Shown: positions 41,901-51,278 of the stretch, in pieces | Layout: each line of letters opens with the position of its first letter | Position numbering within the stretch: position 1 is the stretch's first letter | Virus record (IMG/VR): IMGVR_UViG_3300023178_000019 | Span: 34,564-98,563 of that record | Strand: one strand, 5' to 3' | DNA length: 64,000 nt | From: a virus | Made by a program: the position numbers and the translations under genes | The notes under the pieces: generated by a model | Told to the model about the DNA's origin: nothing | The model's database searches: none | What the model saw: only the letters and a program-made list of their open reading frames with translations

Positions 41901-43697
41901 ACGTAAGTCAAAACTATCAATTGTTGTTGCTGTTGCTGTGCCGTCTGTAATGCTTTGTGGTGTTAAATCAAATCCGTCTAGTTCTAAATAATTGCTGATG
42001 TATAAGTCATTGCCGTCTACTTCATCAATTGTACCTATTAGCACAGTTGATGCGTCAGTTGAAGTAACTGTAAGCGTATTACCTTGTGTAAATGTACCTG
42101 TAACGCCGCTTAGTGTGAGTTTAGTTCTACCTGCTAGTCTACGTCCGTCTTTGCTATCGTAAGCGTACATAGAACGATTAGCAAAGTATGTGAAGCTGTT
42201 TAGCCACTCAACTCTAGCACCGTTAGTCATTGTAATTGCATCAACGCCTGGTGTAATAAATGTTGCTGAGTGGAATAGCATTGCAGTGTTTACGCTAGTT
42301 GCGCTACCATAAGCACCATCAACATAAGCGCCTTTACCTGCATCGCCTGCATTAAATCCTCTAGGATCTTCAACAGTTGTAGTGCTACCGTTTGTAATTA
42401 CAGTAATGTTTCTAATGTAAGGAGAACGACTTGATGCTTCGTAATCTGTTGCATAACGGAAGCCGTATCCGTTGTCTGGGAACGTTCTAGTGTCATTGTT
42501 GCAGCTAAATGTTAATCCGCTTAAGAAAACATCATTACCGATATTTGCTGTGCCACCTGCGTGTGTAATTTGTAGTACACCAGTTGTTTCATTGTAAGTT
42601 GCACCGGTTATGTTATAGTTAGCACCAAGTATTTCAATAGTTCCGCCACTAACATAAGTATGAGCAAAAGGAGCAGTACCAACATTAACAGTTGTAGTTC
42701 CTGCTGATGCACCTGTAACTTCAAAGTAGTTGCCTCCGCTATAAAAACCAGTTAGTGTTAAGTCTTCAACAGTAGTTTCGCCGTTAAGTAAAATAGCGTC
42801 ATTGTAACGTGTTTCTGTAGTTGGGCGAATAGATACACTACGAATACCTTCGCCTTTTAGTGTAACACCTTGTGGAACTGTTAAAGGAAATTCTTCTGTG
42901 TAATCACCTGGTGAAACAATAATAGTATCACCTGTAACAGCTACGCTTAGTGCATGTTTGATGCTTGCAAATGGAGCAAATAAATGATCACCTTGAGAAG
43001 CGTCATTACCATTTTCTGCAACATAATATACATTTCCGTGTACTAGGTTAAAATCAATATTACTAATATTAAGTTGATTAGAACTAACACTAGTAGCAAT
43101 TAAGTTTCTTGTCCAAACGTCATTCCATTGCTTATTAACATTTCCTAATGAATATGTATTATTCTGATCTGGAATGATGTCTGATGCAACTTCTGCATTA
43201 AAAATAACATTGTCTGTATCTGCATCACCAATTGTAATATTACCGTCTGCTGTAATATTACCTGTCGCATGTATGTTACCGTCTACATTTAAATCACTAT
43301 GTATTTGAACAATACCTGTTCCGTTTGGACGAATTTCTAAATCAGCATTTGAACTATTTGTTGTAATAGCATTGCCTTCAATATCAATACTATCAATGCG
43401 AATCTTGTTTAGTGAAACAACAGTATCTAGTGTTGCTAAGTTTAAATAAGGTTGTGTAGTACTAATAGTGTTACCTTCAATAGTAACGTCAGCTAGGTCA
43501 GCTCTATTAGTAACAATTAAGTCTGTGGTTTTAGTGGTTCCGTTAACATCTAACTCGTACTGAGGTGCAGTTGTCTTAACGCCGATACGCTGATTATTAA
43601 CATCTAGATATAGTAAGTCTGTCTCAAAGGCTAGATCGATCCCATTACGGATCAAGTTAGACTTTAAGAGCGGACCTGATATGCGACCAACAGCCAT
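38964..43697 (-). CDS. Large fibre-like virion protein (1577 aa) with SNxDLELRANGTG repeats
   Basis: About 9 repeats of DDNxITT..SN.DLELRANGTG, a beta-helix-like domain (YYVAENGND...PFASIKHAL...SPYIRNITV) and P.G....RP...G..R.NT motifs. Confidence 0.78.
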   Translation of the reverse strand: MAVGRISGPLLKSNLIRNGIDLAFETDLLYLDVNNQRIGVKTTAPQYELDVNGTTKTTDLIVTNRADLADVTIEGNTISTTQPYLNLATLDTVVSLNKIRIDSIDIEGNAITTNSSNADLEIRPNGTGIVQIHSDLNVDGNIHATGNITADGNITIGDADTDNVIFNAEVASDIIPDQNNTYSLGNVNKQWNDVWTRNLIATSVSSNQLNISNIDFNLVHGNVYYVAENGNDASQGDHLFAPFASIKHALSVAVTGDTIIVSPGDYTEEFPLTVPQGVTLKGEGIRSVSIRPTTETRYNDAILLNGETTVEDLTLTGFYSGGNYFEVTGASAGTTTVNVGTAPFAHTYVSGGTIEILGANYNITGATYNETTGVLQITHAGGTANIGNDVFLSGLTFSCNNDTRTFPDNGYGFRYATDYEASSRSPYIRNITVITNGSTTTVEDPRGFNAGDAGKGAYVDGAYGSATSVNTAMLFHSATFITPGVDAITMTNGARVEWLNSFTYFANRSMYAYDSKDGRRLAGRTKLTLSGVTGTFTQGNTLTVTSTDASTVLIGTIDEVDGNDLYISNYLELDGFDLTPQSITDGTATATTIDSFDLREFGAEVRLIASASVYGNFGLVGQGPGVIMYAIGHNLAYIGNGKEVTNDTETVIQANEVVESQGAKIRYNSVDHKGDFRVGDLFYVNQETGSVTFAVSDFEINTDNGVTFVTGSDTTFVDGTKIETGDWRISGNTVETLTQDANFAAGSGEINLNADVNVTGSLDVTGDVTIGGNITIGDEATDTIQIIAGIDSDIIPKTASTYSLGTVTKTWKNLYINEINVDDIQIRENYIETRLSNSDLELRANGTGEVVVPSNNVQIDNNLTVSGTTTLSDTSVTGTLTLVGDLNQTGNTTVDGNLTVTQDVDITGAAQFEEILIDDNYITTTSSNADLELRASGTGKIFVPNNDVEITNDLTVSNDITANNLTLVGQITADSFASDNILIQDNYIETTQSNSDLDLRANGTGRVFIPNNDILANEDFTVKGTTSLQSVSIVGDVTQTGNTTQTGNINLTGNLGITGNITISDAAQFENIQIDDNFITTTISTSDLELRATQFGEILIPNNDLVISNDLIVEGTITVGDINSAGTITANRFSTGDILIDDNFITTTQTNSNLELRANGTGEVVVPSNNVVIENDLTVNGNTNLKTTNIVGNVTHTGNTTQTGNINLTGNLDVTGEVIISASVIQFEDIQVTGNKITTTESNSNLELRANGTGNVYIPENDLLIENNLSVGNTVSVQNINVSNSIQSNSFSTGDILIDDNFITTTLSNSNLELRANGTGSIIIDDFDVNGSTITTTNDLNLTPGSGNIIINGTGALKLPAGTTLERPAEVTGQVRYNTDLSRFEGYNGTNWINLKGVEDLDGDTKVTAELTEGANDGVIRFDVQGSTIVTVNDSGLNAPKVIVDDVEIDGNVITTSTVDTDLRLSANGAGRVRFDNFAFESSTITNTVSDSVTLFENTGNGYVKFDGTYGVVIPVGASVDRPPAGFVEVGQMRFNTDDSRVEIFDGSNWVSVAGSGAGITRGDAEEIALATVLVLG

Positions 43698-43840
43698 CTC
43701 TTCTCCTCAATACGGGGATCCTGTCCCTCTAGCCTAAATTTTCAGCTTGCGCTCTTTGCTGGCTAACCACAGTTTGACCCTGCAAGTATGGTCGTACTTT
43801 GCATTAATAGTATTTATCGTATTGAGAAAATAAGTGCTTA

Positions 43841-46800
43841 TTACCCAAAGATTAGAGTATATTCTAAGATAAGATCATCCATTTCTTCGGGACTAATAGA
43901 TGCGCTTGTACCTGCTGCACTTACAAAGGTACTGCCGTCCCATGCTTCTAGAACTTGAATGTCAGTGTTCCATCTCATCATACCAACTTCTGGTGTAAAT
44001 CCTGGTTGCTCTGCTGTAGTACCTGAAGGAATTTTTAATGCACCAGTAGTATTAAATTTTGTTCTGCCGCGGCTTGTATTTTTAATAGTTAATACATTTC
44101 CTGATGTGTTTTGTATCAATTCTCCGGACAAAGTAATATCGTCAATAACAAGATTTCCTGTTCCGTTAGCACGTAGTTCTAGATCTGCATTTGAATTTAT
44201 TGTTGTAACTATATTGCTATCTATAAAAACATCGTCAACAGTTAATCCACTAATGGTTATATTATCATTATTTACAGTTGCACGAAGATTCCCTCCAGTT
44301 ACTAATGTAATTGTATTGTCCGTAGGATGAGCTGTAACGCGAGTACCTCTATTATCAGAATAAATACCACCAAATGAAATATTATTTTGATTATATCCTT
44401 CAAAACTTGATGTTATACTATTATAACGAATGCTATAATCTATATTTGGTCTTTCAGTAGACAAGCCAAAAGGTAGTTGTATTGCTGATGTACTAATTAT
44501 ATTAATATTATCTGTTGCCAAAGTTATATCAGTTAAGCTAGTTGTCAAGGTATCAGAATTAAACAATAATTCTTGTAATTCTATATTACTGTTATCAAAA
44601 GTTCTTAACTCTAAATTAGAGTTGCTTTCAGTAGTTCTAATAACATTGTCAAAAATTTCAATATTAGAACTTATCAAAGCATTATTAAACTCAAAATTAG
44701 ATCCTATAACTATATTACTAGAAGTTAAATCAGTTGCTTGTAAATTATTAGTAACTTCTAAGTTATTTGTTACTATATTACCAACACCATTTGCTGATAG
44801 TTCTAAATCACTGTTTGAGTCTGTAGTTTCAATAAAATTATCGTTAAACAAAATGTTATCAAATTGTATTTCACTTTCTATATTTGTTGAACTTACAGTA
44901 ACATTACCTATAACATTTAAATTACCTTGTTGAGTTGTATTTCCTGTTAGTGTTATATCTCCAACAATGTTTGTATTTTTTAAATTTGTTATTCCATTAA
45001 CAGTTAAATTGTTTTCAATAACTACATTTTCTGGCAGTCGAACTATTTGGTTTTCCGAAGCACGTAATTCTAAATTTGCATTTGATATTGTAGTAGAAAT
45101 AAAATTATCGTCAATTTCTATAATGCTGTCAGTAATTACAATTTCATTAAGATTTAAATCTTGTTGTACTGTAATGTTGTTAGAAATAATACTAGCTGCA
45201 AATAAATCTTGTTTTGCTCGCATATTATTATTAGGTACTAAAATGTTTGCTGTTGAGTTTGCACGTAATTCAAGATTTGGACTATCATAATCGCCAAAGA
45301 ATAAAACTGGATTAAAATATCCAGGAGTAGCATTTTCTAACGAAAGAATTTCTTCAGTAATAGGTTGTATAAAAGCATTATATTCAGGATCAGGAGTCTG
45401 ACCATTTACAACATACTGCAACCAAGCAATATAATCTGTAGTAGTTAATGTTCCGCTTTGGTTAACATCTACATAATTATTGTTTATAAAAAAGTTTACA
45501 AGATTTTTGTCTTGTTGATCTGTATAATCTGCTGCTGTTGCTCCGTTAACTATTGATTGTATAATTTTAGGAATAGAAGAATTATCTGAAGATTCTGTTG
45601 ATAATCTTAGGCCTTCTGCTGTATTTTGTAGTATATTATTATCAATAGTTACTACAGGACCGATAAAATCACCTGTAGCTGTAAGTCCTCCAGCAACAAC
45701 AGTATTTCCAGTTTGCGTTATATCTCCTGTTTGAGTTATATTGCCCGTTAAGTTAACATCAGTATAGTTAACATCAACAGGAGTAAAGGCAGTAACAAAT
45801 CCGATATCTTCAAATGCAGAAATATTGTCCCATTCAACAATAGTATCAACAGCACGGAAAATAATATCAATAGATGTAGTTTGTGGAACAAATGATGCTG
45901 TTAGCAATTGATCTGCAACTAGACCAGTAGTTTCATTCCATTCAAATAATGTACCAACACCAGATTCGAATATTCTTAAATAAAATGCATTTGCATTTGA
46001 AACACTTCTAAACTGTGCTTCAAAGTCATATGTTTTTCCAGGTTCGACTACAATCTCTTGTGATACGTTACGTGCAGCACCTGTAGCATCAATTCTTAAG
46101 TTTCCGTTAACAGATGAAGCAGTGCCGCCACCTGCTTGAGCCCAACCATTTACATTTGTATTAAATGTTCCGTTAATTACAAGCTCTGGGCCGTACTCAT
46201 ATGTTGTTGCACCATTTTGTAAAAAGGTGTTTTTATTAACTACTAAATTATTTTCTAAATAAGCAGGACTTTCGATGTTTATAAATCCAGTTCCGCTTGC
46301 TCTTAGTTCTAAGTCTGCATTAGAAATATTTGTAGTAATATAATTTTGTGTAATGGTTATATCGGTTAGATCTGCATAATTAAATGCTGTTTGTAATGAA
46401 ACATTTATATTATTGCTAGTAATATCATTAACTAATAAATTATTATTAACTTCCACATCATTAGGTATTAATACTTTGCCAGTACCGCTTGCACGTAATT
46501 CTAAATCTGCGTTTGAAGTAGTTGTAGTAATTACATTGCCATCAAATAATATTTCTTCAAATTGTACTGCACCAGTAATGTCTAAATCTCCATCAACATA
46601 AAAGTTTGTTGCAGTTCTATTACCGGTTTGATTAAATGTTCCTGCAGAATTAAAAATTCCTTGAAAATTTGTTGACTGTAAAGTAGTAAGACCATTAACA
46701 TTTAAGTTATTATCAATTTGTACATCGTTACTAGGAACATAAATTTCTCCAATTCCACTTGCACGTAATTCTAAATTTGCGTTTGATGTATCAGTTGTGA

Positions 46801-48880
46801 TAACATTTCCATCTATACTAATGTCTCCAACTTCTGTTTTGTTTAACCAAGCATTTAGCCAAGGACGCTGTACTTCTCCTAAACTATGTACAGTATGTTG
46901 ATGAGGATTAAAATCTTGTTCAAATTCCACATTGAACACTAACCTGTCAGCAGCAGTATCTCTACCAGGTTGATCACCTGCAATATTTAATGTGCCACCA
47001 AAACTAAAATTATTAATAATATTTAAATTGCCGTTAACATTAGTATTATCGTTAAAATTAATAGTGTTTGTTCCGGCATCTAAATTTAATTCGTCAACTA
47101 CACTTACAATTTCGTTATCTGATATTCTTATATTTCCGGTTGTTATATATGCGCCATCAATAACACTTGTTCCGCCGGGTGTATTAACAACTAACCCAGA
47201 CAACGTTTCAATATCACCTGTATTAATGTTTAAACTTGTATTACCTGTTTCAAAATTTACAAAGAAATTATCGCCAACTCTAAAGTTACCAACTTGGTCT
47301 GTGCTTACATAATGAATTTGTCCTGAGTTTAATTCTACTACTTCATTTGCTTGTACAACTAAATCTAAATCGTTTGTTCTATCAGATCCTGCACCTATAT
47401 ACGCAAAGTTATGCTGTATCAGATACATTAGAGTATCAGCACCGTCTGCTACTGCACCGTATGTGCCGTAAACGTTTGCTGACCCAATTGAGCGCAATTC
47501 TGCACCATATATTACTGTGCTGCCATCTTCACTTGTTCTGCCAGTTGCACCATTAAATGCATACAATCCTCTGTTTGCGAAATATGTAAAACTGTTTAGC
47601 CATTCTACTCTAACACCGTTTGTCATATTAATAACATCAGCATTAGGTGAAATAAATGTACAACTATGAAATAGCATAGTAGCATTAGGACTTGCAGCAT
47701 TTAATTCTGCACCGTCTATCCAAGCCCCTCTACCTGCATCTCCGTCTCCTGGATTTGTTTCTTGTGTTAGTACCGTTACATTTTGAATATAAGGACTGCG
47801 TTCGCTCATTACAGCATTAGGTGCAAATCTAAATGCATATCCTTTATTGTTTACATTGTCATAGTAATGATTTTGAATAGTTAAATTAGCAATATTAGTT
47901 TTATCATTTAAATGAAAAACATCTTCACTCTGACTACTGGTATCTGGGGTGATAATAACATTACGTATGTCAGCACCAATAACAGATACATTAGATGGAA
48001 CAACCAAAGGTAATGCTTCTTGATACTCTCCTGGTGATACTATAATTGTAAATGGCTGATCTCCACTAGCTTCTGCTTTAGAAAGTGCAGCCGAAATAGT
48101 TGCCATCGGATCAAGATGATGATCACCACTATTATCGTCATTCCCTTCAACTGCAACAAATATTATGCCTCCGTGTTTTGTAAGAAGATTAACTCCGTTT
48201 AGGAAATATGCTTGTGTTCCTACTAATTGTCCGTTTAATAAATTTGTATATATAGAATTCCATATTTTTTGATCAGCACCTAAATTGTAAGTATCTGTAA
48301 TATCAGGAATAATATCAGAGTTAATGTCAGAATTAAATGTTACATCATCTGATGCTTGATCACCTAGTGTAATAGTTCCTTCAAAGGTAATATTACCCGG
48401 AGTATGCATATTACCAAAAACTTGTAAGTCTGCTTTTGTATCTGTAGTTGAATCATCATTTAAAAATCCATTACCGACTCTAACAGTTCCTGTTCCGTTA
48501 GGAGTAATATCTATGTCAGCATTTGATTCTACAGTTCTAATTGCATTATCATTAATTCTTATAGTACCATTATCTAATGTACTAAAAACAACAGCATCAG
48601 CTGCGTTTAAATAAAGATTACCTATTGTACTAAGTGTATTGTTATCAATAGTATATCCTGCTATATTAGAGAAATCGCTAATTAAATTTGTTGTTTGAAA
48701 AGTTTGAGATATTTCTAAATCAGTAGTTGGTGTAGAAGTATCAATACCAATCTTACTATTGTTAACATCTAGATATAAGAGCTGATTAGTATTAAGATCG
48801 TTGCGAAACGCAAGATCAATGCCATCACGCAATAAGTTATCTTTTAAAAGAGGACCGGATATTCTACCTACTTGTGCCAC
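43841..48880 (-). CDS. Large fibre-like virion protein (1679 aa), paralogue of the 1577-aa protein; GTG start
   Basis: Same MAxxGRISGPLLK start, same repeats and core. AAGGAG lies 8 nt before the GTG. Confidence 0.78.
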   Translation of the reverse strand: MAQVGRISGPLLKDNLLRDGIDLAFRNDLNTNQLLYLDVNNSKIGIDTSTPTTDLEISQTFQTTNLISDFSNIAGYTIDNNTLSTIGNLYLNAADAVVFSTLDNGTIRINDNAIRTVESNADIDITPNGTGTVRVGNGFLNDDSTTDTKADLQVFGNMHTPGNITFEGTITLGDQASDDVTFNSDINSDIIPDITDTYNLGADQKIWNSIYTNLLNGQLVGTQAYFLNGVNLLTKHGGIIFVAVEGNDDNSGDHHLDPMATISAALSKAEASGDQPFTIIVSPGEYQEALPLVVPSNVSVIGADIRNVIITPDTSSQSEDVFHLNDKTNIANLTIQNHYYDNVNNKGYAFRFAPNAVMSERSPYIQNVTVLTQETNPGDGDAGRGAWIDGAELNAASPNATMLFHSCTFISPNADVINMTNGVRVEWLNSFTYFANRGLYAFNGATGRTSEDGSTVIYGAELRSIGSANVYGTYGAVADGADTLMYLIQHNFAYIGAGSDRTNDLDLVVQANEVVELNSGQIHYVSTDQVGNFRVGDNFFVNFETGNTSLNINTGDIETLSGLVVNTPGGTSVIDGAYITTGNIRISDNEIVSVVDELNLDAGTNTINFNDNTNVNGNLNIINNFSFGGTLNIAGDQPGRDTAADRLVFNVEFEQDFNPHQHTVHSLGEVQRPWLNAWLNKTEVGDISIDGNVITTDTSNANLELRASGIGEIYVPSNDVQIDNNLNVNGLTTLQSTNFQGIFNSAGTFNQTGNRTATNFYVDGDLDITGAVQFEEILFDGNVITTTTSNADLELRASGTGKVLIPNDVEVNNNLLVNDITSNNINVSLQTAFNYADLTDITITQNYITTNISNADLELRASGTGFINIESPAYLENNLVVNKNTFLQNGATTYEYGPELVINGTFNTNVNGWAQAGGGTASSVNGNLRIDATGAARNVSQEIVVEPGKTYDFEAQFRSVSNANAFYLRIFESGVGTLFEWNETTGLVADQLLTASFVPQTTSIDIIFRAVDTIVEWDNISAFEDIGFVTAFTPVDVNYTDVNLTGNITQTGDITQTGNTVVAGGLTATGDFIGPVVTIDNNILQNTAEGLRLSTESSDNSSIPKIIQSIVNGATAADYTDQQDKNLVNFFINNNYVDVNQSGTLTTTDYIAWLQYVVNGQTPDPEYNAFIQPITEEILSLENATPGYFNPVLFFGDYDSPNLELRANSTANILVPNNNMRAKQDLFAASIISNNITVQQDLNLNEIVITDSIIEIDDNFISTTISNANLELRASENQIVRLPENVVIENNLTVNGITNLKNTNIVGDITLTGNTTQQGNLNVIGNVTVSSTNIESEIQFDNILFNDNFIETTDSNSDLELSANGVGNIVTNNLEVTNNLQATDLTSSNIVIGSNFEFNNALISSNIEIFDNVIRTTESNSNLELRTFDNSNIELQELLFNSDTLTTSLTDITLATDNINIISTSAIQLPFGLSTERPNIDYSIRYNSITSSFEGYNQNNISFGGIYSDNRGTRVTAHPTDNTITLVTGGNLRATVNNDNITISGLTVDDVFIDSNIVTTINSNADLELRANGTGNLVIDDITLSGELIQNTSGNVLTIKNTSRGRTKFNTTGALKIPSGTTAEQPGFTPEVGMMRWNTDIQVLEAWDGSTFVSAAGTSASISPEEMDDLILEYTLIFG

Positions 48881-48912
48881 TCATATTCTCCTTGACACAG
48901 TATTTATTGAAT

Positions 48913-49599
48913 TTACTTGTCGAAATTATGTAGTACTGTTACAGGTTTGTTTAAGTCTACTGCTGAAGTAAATTCTAAATAGTAGCCTGTGAGTCTTGCT
49001 AAACCTGTTGCATCAGCAGTTCCGGCAGATGCTGCTGTAAATGTTGTTCCAGGATTATTATCTGCTGCACCGTGTTCTGAAACATAGTCTGTTACACCTG
49101 TTGCAGTAATAATATATTCTTCACCTATAACAAAGTTTCCTGACTCAACTTCTTGTCCAGTTCCTGTTGAACTTGGATTTTGAATTAATGTATAGTTAGT
49201 AGTTGATATTTGAAAAACGTTTTCAACAAATACTAAAACGTTTTGTGCTGCTGCTGGTGCAGTATATATTGTATTAGGGTCTTGACTATCTAGTGGACCA
49301 AATAGTGTAATAGTAGCATCACCATTACCTAAGTTTTGTTGTACAATACCAGGATCGTTATTTGGCTCTTTGTATCTTACACTGCGCCATTCGCCTTCTG
49401 AACGTATTTCTAATTCATTTAAGTCAGTGTTATATCTCATGTGTCCGTCTACTGGAGTAGATATAAATTCCGCAGATGTGCCTTTTGGTACAAGCATAAC
49501 GTTTGTAGTATCCATTATAACTTGTCCATTTATATCGTACTTTACGCCTTTACCGTAGATGTTACGTAAATTTGTGTTCTGCGCTTTTAATAATCTCAT
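48913..49599 (-). CDS. Hypothetical virion structural protein
   Basis: 228 aa with the VPKGT...GHMRYNTD motif also seen in neighbouring fibre proteins. Confidence 0.65.
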   Translation of the reverse strand: MRLLKAQNTNLRNIYGKGVKYDINGQVIMDTTNVMLVPKGTSAEFISTPVDGHMRYNTDLNELEIRSEGEWRSVRYKEPNNDPGIVQQNLGNGDATITLFGPLDSQDPNTIYTAPAAAQNVLVFVENVFQISTTNYTLIQNPSSTGTGQEVESGNFVIGEEYIITATGVTDYVSEHGAADNNPGTTFTAASAGTADATGLARLTGYYLEFTSAVDLNKPVTVLHNFDK

Positions 49600-49946
49600 T
49601 ATACTTCCAAGTAACTAACTGACACTGCTAAGTTTGCTGCGTTTGTTGCATCTCCTACAAACGATAATTTTTCACCACTTTCTAATACAACTTTTTCACT
49701 ATCAAAAGTAAATGTTTCGCCTGCTGGCAAACTAAGTTCTCTAATAACACATGTTAATGCATTATTTAAAGGTTGATTATCTTTTAAGAAATGCATATCA
49801 AATGTAGCTGTTTCGTTTTCAGGTGATGCGCCGCTTGGTGAATATGTATTGCAAACCATTATACTTGTTATAGCATATATTTTATTCGCTGGTACAACAA
49901 GCACATCTGTTTGTGTATTTGTTAATGTTGCGTTTTCTAAAGCCAT
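49599..49946 (-). CDS. Small beta-rich virion-associated protein (paralogue 3)
   Basis: 115 aa, ITSIMVCN...LPAGETF...EKVVLE...VSYLEV. Confidence 0.65.
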   Translation of the reverse strand: MALENATLTNTQTDVLVVPANKIYAITSIMVCNTYSPSGASPENETATFDMHFLKDNQPLNNALTCVIRELSLPAGETFTFDSEKVVLESGEKLSFVGDATNAANLAVSVSYLEV

Positions 49947-49955
49947 TATATTTCC

Positions 49956-51242
49956 TTAAAATAACATGCTATAAAGCAATGCTCTACTTTTACTTATTAC
50001 TTCGTCTTGATAGTTATTTTCATTAACGAAGTATAACCCTGTTTTACCTGTTCCTTGTGCTTTCGAATATAATTTGATACCTTCTAACGGAGGATTAGGA
50101 TCTAATAAAATATCATCATCACCAGGTGTTTTAGTTATTTCTAATGTATCTTTAATTTTTACAGAACCGATACCAGAACTTGATAAAACTAAATCATCAT
50201 TACTTGACGATGTAAATATTTCAGTTCCTTTAATTTCAATATCTGCAAGATTTATTCTATTATTATAGAAATTAGTAATATTGTTGCCTTCAACGGTAAT
50301 AGATATTTCTGATTCAGCAGAAACAGTTCTTCCTGAATTACTTACATAAAAACTTTTATCTGCACCAATTGAATTTGCATCAAATTCAAAAGATGTTGAC
50401 GAAGGAACATCGGTAACTGTCCAGCTTCCTATTAACGATTGAATAATTGCGTCATTAGGACTTGATTGCACTCCAGTTATAGTTACTGTATCGTTAATAG
50501 CAAAACCGTGACTGTTTTGAGTTGTTACTAGTGTTCTAGGTCCAACTCCGATAATATTTAAAATTACGTTGTTTTTATCAACAACTTCAATTGATGAATT
50601 ATCTTCTTGGATTTTATCAATAACAACAGTTGCTAGACTATAATCAACAATATCTCTAACTGCTTTTGCATTAGGAATGTTATCATCGTCTTGTGTAATT
50701 TCATTAGTAATAGGATCTGGTGTAATAACACCGTTATCGTAATTCCAAATTTTTAGTTCATAATTGTTTGTGCCTGAAACACTTATAACTCCGTCATTAG
50801 TGTCAACATATAAATTATGATCTGATACTATACCCGAAGTCTTAATAGGAAGTATTTGTTCTGCACCGATATCTCCTTGGGTGCCTATCCAAGCACCTAT
50901 TCCTGTAACTCCGCCTAAGTCCCAACCAATGCCATCGTCATACACCCATCTTGAATTTGCTAGAGATCCTCTTTCAATTTCTATTCCTGAGCTTCTAGGT
51001 CTATCTAACGATACAGGTAATCCTGAAGATGTATTTCCTGCACTTAAAAGAAGAATGTTATCGTCTATAGTAGCTATAATCGATTCAATTGTAGTTGTAC
51101 CACCGTTTACTTCTAAATCACCTTTAACAACAACAGTTCCGCTCAAATTTCCTGTTGCGTTAGTTGTATCAAGAGTGATGGTTCCGCCGTCACCTGTTAT
51201 TATTCGATAATCTGTATCTGTGGTTCTTATAATCTTTGGCAT
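49956..51242 (-). CDS. Hypothetical virion structural protein (428 aa)
   Basis: GDLEVNGGTTTI and SGIEIERG motifs typical of phage fibre/baseplate-associated proteins. Confidence 0.65.
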   Translation of the reverse strand: MPKIIRTTDTDYRIITGDGGTITLDTTNATGNLSGTVVVKGDLEVNGGTTTIESIIATIDDNILLLSAGNTSSGLPVSLDRPRSSGIEIERGSLANSRWVYDDGIGWDLGGVTGIGAWIGTQGDIGAEQILPIKTSGIVSDHNLYVDTNDGVISVSGTNNYELKIWNYDNGVITPDPITNEITQDDDNIPNAKAVRDIVDYSLATVVIDKIQEDNSSIEVVDKNNVILNIIGVGPRTLVTTQNSHGFAINDTVTITGVQSSPNDAIIQSLIGSWTVTDVPSSTSFEFDANSIGADKSFYVSNSGRTVSAESEISITVEGNNITNFYNNRINLADIEIKGTEIFTSSSNDDLVLSSSGIGSVKIKDTLEITKTPGDDDILLDPNPPLEGIKLYSKAQGTGKTGLYFVNENNYQDEVISKSRALLYSMLF

Positions 51243-51253
51243 TCGAAATTCCT

Positions 51254-51275
51254 AAAAAGGGGCATTAAGCCCCTT
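51254..51275 (-). terminator. Intrinsic terminator
   Basis: Minus strand AAGGGGC-TTAAT-GCCCCTTTTT. Confidence 0.75.
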
Positions 51276-51278
51276 AGA

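Noticed and set aside
43720-43785. Partial resemblance of the leader to a c-di-GMP-I riboswitch (CAAAC...GCGCAAGC...GGCUA)
   Set aside because: No GNRA tetraloop/receptor pair or convincing P1 helix. Kept only as an unnamed structured leader.
39700-47000. Recurring GCACGTAATTCTAA-like sequence resembling a CRISPR repeat
   Set aside because: Spacing is hundreds of nt and irregular, and the copies are in-frame protein repeats (LELRA).
48865-48885. Out-of-frame ATG just upstream of the GTG start (6-codon uORF)
   Set aside because: Only 3 nt from the SD, too close for efficient initiation. The GTG is optimally spaced.
16778-51210. Many 60-160-aa plus-strand ORFs inside the fibre genes
   Set aside because: They lie opposite long, motif-bearing minus-strand genes and show no recognisable motifs.
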